The position numbers and the translations under genes are program-made. From the NCBI RefSeq assembly GCF_003334315.1, contig NZ_QOWR01000004.1: a stretch of DNA of 64,000 bases, one strand, 5' to 3'. This document shows, piece by piece, positions 20,669 to 31,846 of the stretch. Origin of the DNA: Escherichia coli. GTDB taxonomy: Bacteria; Pseudomonadota; Gammaproteobacteria; Enterobacterales; Enterobacteriaceae. Under the pieces are notes generated by a model. It made no database searches. It saw only the letters and a list, made by a program, of their open reading frames with translations, and was not told the origin of the DNA. Each line of letters starts with the position of its first letter. Position 1 is the stretch's first letter.

Positions 20669-21577
20669 ATGGCTGCCATTAATACGAAAGTCAAAAAAGC
20701 CGTTATCCCCGTTGCGGGATTAGGAACCAGGATGTTGCCGGCGACGAAAGCCATCCCGAAAGAGATGCTGCCACTTGTCGATAAGCCATTAATTCAATAC
20801 GTCGTGAATGAATGTATTGCGGCTGGCATTACTGAAATTGTGCTGGTTACACACTCATCTAAAAACTCTATTGAAAACCACTTTGATACCAGTTTTGAAC
20901 TGGAAGCAATGCTGGAAAAACGTGTAAAACGTCAACTGCTTGATGAAGTGCAGTCTATTTGTCCGCCGCACGTGACTATTATGCAAGTTCGTCAGGGGCT
21001 GGCGAAAGGTCTGGGACACGCGGTATTGTGTGCTCACCCGGTAGTGGGTGATGAACCTGTGGCTGTTATTTTGCCTGACGTTATTCTGGATGAATATGAA
21101 TCCGATTTGTCACAGGATAACCTGGCAGAGATGATCCGCCGCTTTGATGAAACGGGTCATAGCCAGATCATGGTTGAACCGGTTGCTGATGTGACCGCAT
21201 ATGGCGTTGTGGATTGCAAAGGCGTTGAATTAGCGCCGGGTGAAAGCGTACCGATGGTTGGCGTGGTTGAAAAACCAAAAGCGGATGTTGCGCCGTCTAA
21301 TCTCGCTATTGTGGGTCGTTACGTACTTAGTGCGGATATTTGGCCGTTGCTGGCAAAAACCCCTCCGGGAGCTGGTGATGAAATTCAGCTCACCGACGCA
21401 ATTGATATGCTAATCGAAAAAGAAACGGTTGAAGCCTATCATATGAAAGGGAAGAGCCATGACTGCGGTAATAAATTAGGTTACATGCAGGCCTTCGTTG
21501 AATACGGTATTCGTCATAACACCCTTGGCACGGAATTTAAAGCCTGGCTTGAAGAAGAGATGGGCATTAAGAAGTAA
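20669..21577 (+). CDS. galU: UTP-glucose-1-phosphate uridylyltransferase
   Basis: 302-aa [38 protein letters not shown]... Confidence 0.96.
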
Positions 21578-21600
21578 CATCCGTATCGGTGTTATCCACG

Positions 21601-21632
21601 AAACGGCGTTGAGCAATCGACGCCGTTTTTTT
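21601..21632 (+). terminator. galU rho-independent terminator
   Basis: AAACGGCGTTGAGCAATCGACGCCGTTT hairpin followed by T-run. Confidence 0.8.
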
Positions 21633-21670
21633 ATAGCTTATTCTTATTAAATTGTCTTAAACCAGACAAT

Positions 21671-21697
21671 AAAAAATCCCGCCGATGGCGGGATTTT
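21671..21697 (-). terminator. hns rho-independent terminator
   Basis: AAAATCCCGCCATCGGCGGGATTTTTT on minus strand just downstream of hns stop. Confidence 0.8.
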
Positions 21698-21720
21698 AAG
21701 CAAGTGCAATCTACAAAAGA

Positions 21721-22134
21721 TTATTGCTTGATCAGGAAATCGTCGAGGGATTTACCTTGCTCATCCATTGCTTTTTTGATTACAGCTGGAGTACGGCCCT
21801 GGCCAGTCCAGGTTTTAGTTTCGCCGTTTTCGTCAACGTAGCTATATTTTGCCGGACGCTGAGCACGTTTAGCTTTGGTGCCAGATTTAACGGCAGCAAG
21901 GCTATTCAGCAGTTCGTTCGGGTCAATACCGTCAGCGATCAGCATTTCGCGATATTGCTGCAGTTTACGAGTGCGCTCTTCAACTTCAGCAGCAGCCGCG
22001 CTTTCTTCTTCGCGACGTTCGTTAACAACAACTTCTAATTTTTCCAGCATTTCTTCCAGCGTTTCAAGTGTACATTCTCTTGCCTGCGCACGAAGAGTAC
22101 GGATGTTGTTCAGAATTTTAAGTGCTTCGCTCAT
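21721..22134 (-). CDS. hns: nucleoid-associated protein H-NS
   Basis: 137-aa [44 protein letters not shown]... Confidence 0.97.
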
Positions 22135-22738
22135 TGTAGTAATCTCAAACTTATATTGGGGTGGTTTGTTGAGGTAATAATAGAGCCTTAAATTCAGTTG
22201 TGCAATAGCCAGGAATGTAAGGAATTCAAAATTGTTCTTTATTTTGTGCCGCCAATAAATATCTTTTCATAAAATTAGCCAGAAAAGACGCGGCATATAG
22301 CCCTATTTGTACCGATGATTTCGCAGCTCGTGAGGTTAAAACTTCCTGATTCATGTCACATTTTATGGGGAGATTATCGTAGGCTGACGACCTTTCAGTC
22401 TTCTGTATTAGTCGTGTTTACGAGAATTCCCTATTAAGCGAATGATGAAAAGTAGAACAGTCGCAATAAGAGCAGGGACTTAGTATTGCACTATCTCCTG
22501 GAGGTCAACAGAGGGCTATTACTTGCGCAACAGATTAAAGATTGTGAATAGTTACCAGCAGTCATTTACCCGCTTATAACAAGCGAGGCAGTTGTAATGA
22601 TAGCTCAGAAGGATTATGCAAGGCTTCGTAAGGGAGAACGCATATACCCACTTCTGTGCATACTGTTGAGCTGAAAAACTGACGAATTATGATAAACTCC
22701 AGCCAACTTTATTTCATATCATTGAGGGCCTGTGGCTG

Positions 22739-23356
22739 ATGGCACAGCTATATTTCTACTATTCCGCAATGAATGCGGGTAAGTCTACAGCATTGTTGCA
22801 ATCTTCATACAATTACCAGGAACGCGGCATGCGCACTGTCGTATATACGGCAGAAATTGATGATCGCTTTGGTGCCGGGAAAGTCAGTTCGCGTATAGGT
22901 TTGTCATCGCCTGCAAAATTATTTAACCAAAATTCATCATTATTTGATGAGATTCGTGCGGAACATGAACAGCAGGCAATTCATTGCGTACTGGTTGATG
23001 AATGCCAGTTTTTAACCAGACAACAAGTATATGAATTATCGGAGGTTGTCGATCAACTCGATATACCCGTACTTTGTTATGGTTTACGTACCGATTTTCG
23101 AGGTGAATTATTTATTGGCAGCCAATACTTACTGGCATGGTCCGACAAACTGGTTGAATTAAAAACCATCTGTTTTTGTGGCCGTAAAGCAAGCATGGTG
23201 CTGCGTCTTGATCAAGCAGGCAGACCTTATAACGAAGGTGAGCAGGTGGTAATTGGTGGTAATGAACGATACGTTTCTGTATGCCGTAAACACTATAAAG
23301 AGGCGTTACAAGTCGACTCATTAACGGCTATTCAGGAAAGGCATCGCCACGATTAA
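22739..23356 (+). CDS. tdk: thymidine kinase
   Basis: 205-aa ORF with P-loop MNAGKST. Confidence 0.96.
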   Translation: MAQLYFYYSAMNAGKSTALLQSSYNYQERGMRTVVYTAEIDDRFGAGKVSSRIGLSSPAKLFNQNSSLFDEIRAEHEQQAIHCVLVDECQFLTRQQVYELSEVVDQLDIPVLCYGLRTDFRGELFIGSQYLLAWSDKLVELKTICFCGRKASMVLRLDQAGRPYNEGEQVVIGGNERYVSVCRKHYKEALQVDSLTAIQERHRHD

Positions 23357-23370
23357 TAAGAATTTCTTTA

Positions 23371-23405
23371 CTGACAGGGTGAGCAGGGCACTTTTATCCT
23401 GTCAG
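23371..23405 (+). terminator. hairpin downstream of tdk (CTGACAGG..CCTGTCAG)
   Basis: 8-bp stem with long loop followed by TTCGTTTTA; weak terminator candidate. Confidence 0.3.
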
Positions 23406-23637
23406 TTCGTTTTACGCACTTCTTCCGGGCTATATACCCTTCTCGGCAGTTTTTTAACGCCGCTATACGCCTCACAGGGCTCTTAAGCACCGACGTTGAC
23501 TTGTGACCTGTAAAGTACAATATCCCTGTGTTTAGGCGTTATACATCGTCGCAAATATGATGAAGGCTAATGCTGTCGGTTTATGGAAAAGTTGCTTTGG
23601 GTAAACAAAAAATACGGCCCCAGAAGGGCAATGCCGT

Positions 23638-24534
23638 TCACTTAAGAGGAGCGGCACTATGTTTCACAGGATAACGGGTTTTTGATATCTTAACCGACCT
23701 CGGCCTTGATGGTCGGGGGCGTTTTGTTATGAACACCACTTCCAGAGCACCCCGAAGATGCTCCAGTCGTTTCGGGATGGTCCCTGGTGACGCCGTGTTT
23801 CCCAGCTCTATCATTTCTGATGCGATATTCTTCCACGCAGGCAGTAGCCAGTGGCGGTTACAACCCTTCTGGTTCAGCGTCAGCAGCAGGTCTTCGCTGT
23901 AAAAAAGTTTATCAAACAACGTAATAGAGTTATCCGGGATGGTGGCGAGCATGGAGTGGGCCAGCACAGTTTCGCTCTGCCGGTAAGGTGCGGTCACGGC
24001 ATTCAGCAGAATGTGACTTCCCAGGTTCATTAAGGCCACCAGACGCATAACCGGGTAGGCGTTCTGCCGCTTAGTGGATGTGTTGGCAGACCCATAATAT
24101 TCACGCAGCTCGGGTTTATCAGGTGTCCTGAACTGTGCGCCATCAATGGCAAAAAGTTGCAGGCCGTGCCAGTCATCCTTCAGGTAACGTTCCGCGCCCC
24201 TGTCTGTGCGGTCTGGCGGAAGAGCCATTCCACTGGGGCGGCCCCCACGCGCTGACGCGCCTGGGTGACAGCGCTGCGGGCCAGCAGGTTCATCCCCGCT
24301 TCGCCATCCGCGCTCAGGTTCAGACGGCGAACAACATCGGTAATTGGCTCATTGCACCACCATCCAGATAACCATGTCCCCCGGTAAACGACGGCGGCGA
24401 ACGGTCGCATGAGCAGAAAGCGTCAGGCAGTGTTGTATCCACTCGGTGGGAAGGTGTTCTGCAAATAGTTGTGCAGAGGGCGGAGGCATAAGCGGATGGT
24501 CACTGAAATCGAGCAGATCATTGAGAAGTGGCAT
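23638..24534 (-). pseudogene. insZ: IS4-family transposase pseudogene (three frameshifted fragments, C-terminus missing)
   Basis: consecutive minus ORFs 24349..24534, 24180..24410 and 23638..24228 in different frames, each resembling successive parts of the IS4 transposase (e.g. TVRRRRLPGDMVIWMVV, SAVTQARQRVGAAPVEWLFRQTAQ, LFAIDGAQFRTPD); gene name from memory of K-12 annotation. Confidence 0.7.
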
Positions 24535-24617
24535 AAGAAAACGGCTCCCTGTTGTGGAAGCCGTTATAGTGCCTCAGTTTAAGGATCGGTCAACTAATCC
24601 TTAACTGATCGGCATTG
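23640..24617 (-). mobile_element. truncated IS4-family insertion sequence remnant (left end present, right end missing)
   Basis: IS4-type terminal repeat (reverse complement AATGCCGATCAGTTAAGGATTAGTTGACCGATCC) at about 24580-24617, about 80 bp before the transposase-like start; transposase similarity ends near 23640, no second inverted repeat seen. Confidence 0.75.
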
Positions 24618-24657
24618 CCCAGAAGGGGCCGTTTATGTTGCCAGACAGCGCTACTGA

Positions 24658-27333
24658 TTAAGCGGATTTTTTCGCTTTTTTCTCAGCTTTAGCCGGAGCA
24701 GCTTCTTTCTTCGCTGCAGTTTCACCTTCTACATAATCACGACCGTAGTAGGTATCCAGCAGAATCTGTTTCAGCTCGGAGATCAGCGGGTAACGCGGGT
24801 TAGCGCCGGTGCACTGGTCATCGAATGCATCTTCAGACAGTTTATCCACGTTCGCCAGGAAGTCTGCTTCCTGAACGCCAGCTTCACGGATAGATTTCGG
24901 AATACCCAGTTCAGCTTTCAGCGTTTCCAGCCATGCCAGCAGTTTCTCGATCTTAGCAGCAGTACGGTCGCCCGGTGCGCTCAGACCCAAGTGGTCGGCA
25001 ATTTCAGCATAACGACGGCGAGCCTGCGGACGGTCATACTGGCTGAATGCAGTCTGCTTGGTCGGGTTGTCGTTCGCATTGTAGCGAATAACGTTACAAA
25101 TCAGCAGGGCGTTTGCCAGACCGTGCGGAATATGGAACTGGGAACCCAGTTTGTGCGCCATTGAGTGACATACACCCAGGAAGGCGTTCGCAAACGCGAT
25201 ACCCGCGATAGTCGCTGCACTGTGAACACGTTCACGCGCTACCGGATTTTTAGACCCTTCGTGGTAGGACGCTGGCAGATATTCTTTCAGCAGTTTCAGT
25301 GCCTGCAGAGCCTGACCATCAGAGAACTCAGATGCCAGTACAGAAACATAAGCTTCCATGGCGTGAGTTACTGCGTCCAGACCACCGAAAGCACACAGGG
25401 ACTTCGGCATGTCCATAACCAGGTTGGCGTCGACAATCGCCATATCCGGAGTCAGCGCATAGTCTGCCAGCGGATATTTCTGACCAGTAGCGTCGTCAGT
25501 TACAACCGCAAACGGAGTGACTTCAGAACCTGTACCAGAAGTGGTGGTGACAGCGATCATTTTCGCTTTCACGCCCATTTTCGGGAACTTGTAGATACGT
25601 TTACGGATATCCATAAAGCGCAGCGCCAGCTCTTCGAAGTGAGTTTCCGGATGTTCGTACATAACCCACATGATCTTCGCGGCGTCCATCGGGGAACCAC
25701 CACCCAGCGCGATAATCACGTCTGGTTTGAAGGAGTTTGCCAGTTCTGCACCTTTACGAACGATGCTCAGGGTCGGGTCCGCTTCTACTTCGAAGAAGAC
25801 TTCAGTTTCAACGCCTGCTGCTTTCAGTACGGAAGTGATCTGATCAGCATAACCATTGTTGAACAGGAAGCGGTCAGTCACGATGAGCGCACGTTTGTGG
25901 CCATCAGTAATCACTTCATCCAGCGCGATTGGCAGGGAGCCACGGCGGAAGTAGATAGATTTCGGAAGTTTGTGCCACAACATGTTTTCAGCTCGCTTAG
26001 CAACGGTTTTCTTGTTGATCAGGTGTTTCGGACCAACGTTTTCAGAGATGGAGTTACCACCCCAAGAACCACAACCCAGAGTCAGGGAAGGTGCGAGTTT
26101 GAAGTTATACAGGTCACCGATACCACCCTGAGACGCTGGGGTGTTAATCAGGATACGCGCCGTTTTCATTTTCTGACCGAAGTAAGAAACGCGAGCCGGT
26201 TGGTTATCCTGGTCAGTGTACAGGCAAGAGGTATGACCGATACCGCCCATAGCAACCAGTTTCTCTGCTTTTTCTACCGCGTCTTCGAAATCTTTAGCGC
26301 GGTACATTGCCAGAGTCGGGGACAGTTTTTCATGTGCGAACGGTTCGCTTTCATCAACAACGGTCACTTCACCGATCAGAATCTTGGTGTTTTCTGGTAC
26401 AGAGAAGCCTGCCAGTTCAGCAATTTTATAGGCTGGCTGACCAACGATAGCCGCGTTCAGCGCACCGTTTTTCAGGATAACATCCTGAACAGCTTTCAGC
26501 TCTTTACCCTGCAACAGATAGCCGCCGTGGGTTGCAAAACGTTCACGTACAGCGTCATAAACAGAGTCAACAACAACAACAGACTGTTCAGAAGCACAGA
26601 TTACGCCGTTGTCGAAGGTTTTGGACATCAGTACAGATGCAACTGCACGTTTGATATCAGCAGTTTCATCGATAACAACTGGAGTGTTGCCCGCGCCTAC
26701 ACCGATAGCTGGTTTACCGGAGCTGTATGCGGCTTTAACCATGCCCGGACCACCAGTCGCGAGGATCAGGTTGATGTCTGGGTGGTGCATCAGTGCGTTA
26801 GACAGTTCAACAGAAGGTTGATCGATCCAGCCGATCAGATCTTTCGGAGCACCGGCAGCGATAGCAGCCTGCAGAACGATATCAGCCGCTTTGTTGGTGG
26901 CATCTTTTGCACGCGGGTGCGGGGAGAAGATAATGGCGTTACGGGTCTTCAGACTGATCAGCGATTTGAAGATAGCAGTTGAAGTCGGGTTAGTGGTCGG
27001 AACGATACCGCAAATAATACCGATTGGTTCAGCGATAGTGATGGTACCAAAAGTGTCGTCTTCAGACAGAACACCACAGGTTTTTTCATCTTTATAGGCG
27101 TTGTAGATATATTCAGAAGCAAAGTGGTTTTTGATCACTTTATCTTCGACGATACCCATGCCGGATTCGGCAACGGCCATTTTCGCGAGTGGGATTCGAG
27201 CATCTGCAGCAGCCAGAGCGGCGGCGCGGAAGATTTTGTCTACTTGCTCTTGAGTGAAACTGGCATATTCACGCTGGGCTTTTTTTACACGCTCTACGAG
27301 TGCGTTAAGTTCAGCGACATTAGTAACAGCCAT
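24658..27333 (-). CDS. adhE: bifunctional acetaldehyde-CoA / alcohol dehydrogenase
   Basis: 891-aa [45 protein letters not shown]... Confidence 0.97.
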
Positions 27334-27809
27334 AATGCTCTCCTGATAATGTTAAACTTTTTTAGTAAATCATCTGCTCGAATACGAGAGTATAGTCAGT
27401 GCGGTGATGATTTGCTTAACCTATGAAAATCAAAAGCTTACTCGCGCTCACACTCACTGTGATTTACTAAAAGAGTTTAAACATTAGAGTTATTATCTCT
27501 AATGCGTCACTTCCAGGTGGCGTAAGCAAGATTACTCACTTCTGGGTACTGATTACGTGATCCAAATCAAATTTTTGCAAAGCTGACACCTTTCAGCATC
27601 GCTTTTCGCCATTATAGCTAACAGTTAATAAATTGTAGTATGATTTGGTGGCTACATTAGCATGTTTTGCACAACTAGATAACAATAACGAATGATAGCA
27701 ATTTTAAGTAGTTAGGAGGTGAAAAATGCTGTCAAAAGGCGTATTGTCAGCGCGTCTTTTCAACCTTATTTATGGCTAACATTATCCGGCTTTTGCTTCG
27801 GAGCTAACC

Positions 27810-28457
27810 GTGATTCAGACCTTTTTTGATTTTCCCGTTTACTTCAAATTTTTCATCGGGTTATTTGCGCTGGTCAACCCGGTAGGGATTATTCCCGTCT
27901 TTATCAGCATGACCAGTTATCAGACAGCGGCAGCGCGAAACAAAACTAACCTTACAGCCAACCTGTCTGTGGCCATTATCTTGTGGATCTCGCTTTTTCT
28001 CGGCGACACGATTCTACAACTTTTTGGTATATCAATTGATTCGTTCCGTATCGCCGGGGGTATCCTGGTGGTGACAATAGCGATGTCGATGATCAGCGGC
28101 AAGCTTGGCGAGGATAAACAGAACAAGCAAGAAAAATCAGAAACCGCGGTACGTGAAAGCATTGGTGTGGTGCCACTGGCGTTGCCGTTGATGGCGGGGC
28201 CAGGGGCGATCAGTTCTACCATCGTCTGGGGTACGCGTTATCACAGCATTAGCTATCTGTTTGGTTTCTTTGTGGCTATTGCATTGTTCGCTTTATGTTG
28301 TTGGGGATTGTTCCGCATGGCACCGTGGCTGGTACGGGTTTTACGCCAGACCGGCATCAACGTGATTACGCGTATTATGGGGCTATTGCTGATGGCATTG
28401 GGGATTGAATTTATCGTTACTGGTATTAAGGGGATTTTCCCCGGCCTGCTTAATTAA
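27810..28457 (+). CDS. ychE: MarC-family inner membrane protein YchE
   Basis: 215-aa hydrophobic ORF from GTG 27810 (MIQTFFDFPVYFKFFIGLFALVNPVG...). Confidence 0.9.
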   Translation: MIQTFFDFPVYFKFFIGLFALVNPVGIIPVFISMTSYQTAAARNKTNLTANLSVAIILWISLFLGDTILQLFGISIDSFRIAGGILVVTIAMSMISGKLGEDKQNKQEKSETAVRESIGVVPLALPLMAGPGAISSTIVWGTRYHSISYLFGFFVAIALFALCCWGLFRMAPWLVRVLRQTGINVITRIMGLLLMALGIEFIVTGIKGIFPGLLN

Positions 28458-28470
28458 TTCCTTTCAAATG

Positions 28471-28500
28471 AAACGGAGCTGCCATGCTCCGTTTACTTCG
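28471..28500 (+). terminator. ychE terminator candidate
   Basis: AAACGGAGCTGCCATGCTCCGTTT hairpin then T-rich tract. Confidence 0.6.
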
Positions 28501-28614
28501 TCATTATTTTTACTTTGTTCCCGCGCAGTTATCAAAAGCAAAAGGAATAGGTAAAAATATTCTTCTCAAATTACAGTTAGTTATAAGGATTTCCTTAACT
28601 GCTTCTCCTCACCA

Positions 28615-28929
28615 TCATGTTATTTTCGCCACATCATAATCCTGGGCTTGCTGAAGAATAATTGAAATGATATTAGTAATTCCACTGCCTTTGGTAGAGG
28701 AAAGTGCTAAATAATAATCAATTGTTAAATTATTGTGCATTTCACTACTGGAACTGTAATCAGAAAAGATAGACATGCTTAGCCAATCTCTATTTGATTG
28801 AATTGAAAGATGTTTGTTAAGGCATGGATGCAAGCTATAGATTCTGATACGGTCAATAAAAGAGAATTGCTTAACAATTTTGCAAAATGTATTGGCGAGT
28901 AAGAACCGCATTTGGTACTTTCCGGGCAA
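28615..28929 (-). CDS. unassigned hypothetical ORF in AT-rich ychE-oppA spacer (possibly non-coding)
   Basis: 104 codons from TTG (98 from first ATG); no recognisable motif, weak SD-like GGAA; AT-rich context. Confidence 0.15.
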   Translation of the reverse strand: MPGKYQMRFLLANTFCKIVKQFSFIDRIRIYSLHPCLNKHLSIQSNRDWLSMSIFSDYSSSSEMHNNLTIDYYLALSSTKGSGITNIISIILQQAQDYDVAKIT

Positions 28930-29194
28930 CCGCCAGACGATTCTTTATTGGTAATGAGAATAATTAACAATTAAAGAGCGTCGCGAAAGAATAATGTGTC
29001 TCGACAGGGGAGACACAGTACGAATCGACATAAGGTGATCGTCTGAATCACCAGAATAAATAAAGTCGGTGATAGTAATACGTAACGATAAAGTAACCTG
29101 ACAGCAGAAAGTCTCCGAGCCTGTGCAGGGTCCCAATCCGGGATTACACATGCTGGTTAATACCAGTAATTATAATGAGGGAGTCCAAAAAACA

Positions 29195-30826
29195 ATGACC
29201 AACATCACCAAGAGAAGTTTAGTAGCAGCTGGCGTTCTGGCTGCGCTAATGGCAGGGAATGTCGCGCTGGCAGCTGATGTACCCGCAGGCGTCACACTGG
29301 CGGAAAAACAAACACTGGTACGTAACAATGGTTCAGAAGTTCAGTCATTAGATCCGCACAAAATTGAAGGTGTTCCGGAGTCTAATATCAGCCGAGACCT
29401 GTTTGAAGGCTTACTGGTCAGCGATCTTGACGGTCATCCAGCACCTGGCGTCGCTGAATCCTGGGATAATAAAGACGCGAAAGTCTGGACCTTCCATTTG
29501 CGTAAAGATGCGAAATGGTCTGATGGCACGCCAGTCACAGCACAAGACTTTGTGTATAGCTGGCAACGTTCTGTTGATCCGAACACTGCTTCTCCGTATG
29601 CCAGTTATCTGCAATATGGGCATATCGCCGGTATTGATGAAATTCTTGAAGGGAAAAAACCGATTACCGATCTCGGCGTGAAAGCTATTGATGATCACAC
29701 ATTAGAAGTCACCTTAAGTGAACCCGTTCCGTACTTCTATAAATTACTTGTTCACCCATCAACTTCACCGGTGCCAAAAGCCGCTATCGAGAAATTCGGC
29801 GAAAAATGGACCCAGCCTGGTAATATCGTCACCAACGGTGCCTATACCTTAAAAGATTGGGTCGTAAACGAACGAATCGTTCTTGAACGCAGCCCGACCT
29901 ACTGGAACAACGCGAAAACCGTTATTAACCAGGTAACCTATTTGCCTATTGCTTCTGAAGTTACCGATGTCAACCGCTACCGTAGTGGTGAAATCGACAT
30001 GACGTATAACAACATGCCGATCGAATTGTTCCAGAAGCTGAAAAAAGAGATCCCGGACGAAGTTCACGTTGATCCATACCTGTGCACTTACTATTACGAA
30101 ATTAACAACCAGAAACCGCCATTCAACGATGTGCGTGTGCGTACCGCACTGAAACTAGGTATGGACCGCGATATCATTGTTAATAAAGTGAAAGCGCAGG
30201 GCGACATGCCCGCCTATGGTTACACTCCACCGTATACTGATGGCGCAAAATTGACTCAGCCAGAATGGTTTGGCTGGAGCCAGGAAAAACGTAACGAAGA
30301 AGCGAAAAAACTGCTGGCTGAAGCGGGTTATACCGCAGACAAACCGTTGACCATCAACCTGCTGTATAACACCTCCGATCTGCATAAAAAGCTGGCGATT
30401 GCTGCCTCTTCATTGTGGAAGAAAAACATTGGTGTAAACGTCAAACTGGTTAACCAGGAGTGGAAAACGTTCCTCGACACCCGTCACCAGGGTACTTTTG
30501 ATGTGGCCCGTGCAGGCTGGTGTGCTGACTACAACGAACCAACTTCCTTCCTGAACACCATGCTTTCGAACAGCTCGATGAATACCGCGCATTATAAGAG
30601 CCCGGCCTTTGACAGCATTATGGCGGAAACGCTGAAAGTGACTGACGAGGCGCAGCGCACAGCTCTGTACACTAAAGCAGAACAACAGCTGGATAAGGAT
30701 TCGGCCATTGTTCCTGTTTATTACTACGTGAATGCGCGTCTGGTGAAACCGTGGGTTGGTGGCTATACCGGCAAAGATCCGCTGGATAATACCTATACCC
30801 GGAATATGTACATTGTGAAGCACTAA
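29195..30826 (+). CDS. oppA: periplasmic oligopeptide-binding protein
   Basis: 543 codons from ATG 29195 (MTNITKRSLVAAGVLAALMAGNVALAADVP..., signal peptide); track ORF 5'-extended. Confidence 0.96.
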   Translation: MTNITKRSLVAAGVLAALMAGNVALAADVPAGVTLAEKQTLVRNNGSEVQSLDPHKIEGVPESNISRDLFEGLLVSDLDGHPAPGVAESWDNKDAKVWTFHLRKDAKWSDGTPVTAQDFVYSWQRSVDPNTASPYASYLQYGHIAGIDEILEGKKPITDLGVKAIDDHTLEVTLSEPVPYFYKLLVHPSTSPVPKAAIEKFGEKWTQPGNIVTNGAYTLKDWVVNERIVLERSPTYWNNAKTVINQVTYLPIASEVTDVNRYRSGEIDMTYNNMPIELFQKLKKEIPDEVHVDPYLCTYYYEINNQKPPFNDVRVRTALKLGMDRDIIVNKVKAQGDMPAYGYTPPYTDGAKLTQPEWFGWSQEKRNEEAKKLLAEAGYTADKPLTINLLYNTSDLHKKLAIAASSLWKKNIGVNVKLVNQEWKTFLDTRHQGTFDVARAGWCADYNEPTSFLNTMLSNSSMNTAHYKSPAFDSIMAETLKVTDEAQRTALYTKAEQQLDKDSAIVPVYYYVNARLVKPWVGGYTGKDPLDNTYTRNMYIVKH

Positions 30827-30840
30827 TGGCAATGCGTGGG

Positions 30841-30866
30841 GCAGGAGTGTCCTGCTCCACGGTGTC
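30841..30866 (+). other. oppA-oppB intercistronic stem-loop (GCAGGAGTGTCCTGC)
   Basis: inverted repeat followed by TGATTTTTAT; plausible mRNA stabiliser or partial terminator. Confidence 0.45.
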
Positions 30867-30911
30867 TGATTTTTATCGCATTACAGAAGGCACAGGCCAG
30901 AAGGTAGGGCA

Positions 30912-31832
30912 ATGTTAAAATTTATTCTACGTCGCTGTCTGGAAGCGATTCCGACGCTATTTATTCTTATTACTATTTCGTTCTTTATGATGCGCCTCGC
31001 GCCGGGAAGCCCTTTTACCGGCGAACGTACTTTACCGCCAGAAGTGATGGCCAATATCGAAGCGAAATATCATCTTAATGATCCGATCATGACACAGTAT
31101 TTCAGCTACCTGAAACAACTGGCGCACGGTGATTTCGGTCCATCGTTTAAATATAAAGATTATTCGGTCAATGACCTGGTTGCATCCAGTTTTCCCGTTT
31201 CTGCCAAATTGGGAGCCGCAGCATTTTTCCTTGCGGTAATACTGGGTGTTAGTGCTGGCGTTATTGCCGCATTAAAACAAAACACCAAATGGGACTATAC
31301 CGTGATGGGCCTGGCAATGACCGGGGTTGTTATCCCCAGTTTTGTGGTTGCACCATTATTAGTCATGATATTTGCGATCATTTTGCATTGGCTGCCGGGC
31401 GGTGGCTGGAATGGTGGGGCGCTTAAATTCATGATATTGCCGATGGTGGCGTTGTCACTCGCTTATATCGCCAGTATTGCGCGTATTACCCGTGGCTCTA
31501 TGATTGAAGTATTACACTCCAACTTTATTCGTACTGCCCGGGCGAAAGGGTTACCTATGCGGCGGATCATTTTACGCCACGCATTAAAACCTGCTCTGTT
31601 ACCCGTGCTCTCCTATATGGGCCCCGCATTTGTCGGCATTATTACCGGTTCTATGGTCATCGAAACCATTTATGGTTTGCCGGGGATTGGGCAACTGTTC
31701 GTTAATGGCGCATTGAACCGTGACTATTCCTTAGTGTTAAGCCTGACCATCCTGGTTGGTGCGTTAACCATTTTGTTTAATGCCATTGTCGATGTGCTAT
31801 ATGCGGTTATCGACCCGAAAATCCGTTACTGA
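30912..31832 (+). CDS. oppB: oligopeptide ABC transporter permease
   Basis: 306-aa polytopic ORF. Confidence 0.96.
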   Translation: MLKFILRRCLEAIPTLFILITISFFMMRLAPGSPFTGERTLPPEVMANIEAKYHLNDPIMTQYFSYLKQLAHGDFGPSFKYKDYSVNDLVASSFPVSAKLGAAAFFLAVILGVSAGVIAALKQNTKWDYTVMGLAMTGVVIPSFVVAPLLVMIFAIILHWLPGGGWNGGALKFMILPMVALSLAYIASIARITRGSMIEVLHSNFIRTARAKGLPMRRIILRHALKPALLPVLSYMGPAFVGIITGSMVIETIYGLPGIGQLFVNGALNRDYSLVLSLTILVGALTILFNAIVDVLYAVIDPKIRY

Positions 31833-31846
31833 TACTGGAGCTCGCG

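Noticed and set aside
25165-26982. 605-aa plus-strand ORF
   Set aside because: Lies entirely antisense within adhE; low-complexity, R/F/V-rich translation typical of an antisense frame of a highly codon-biased gene.
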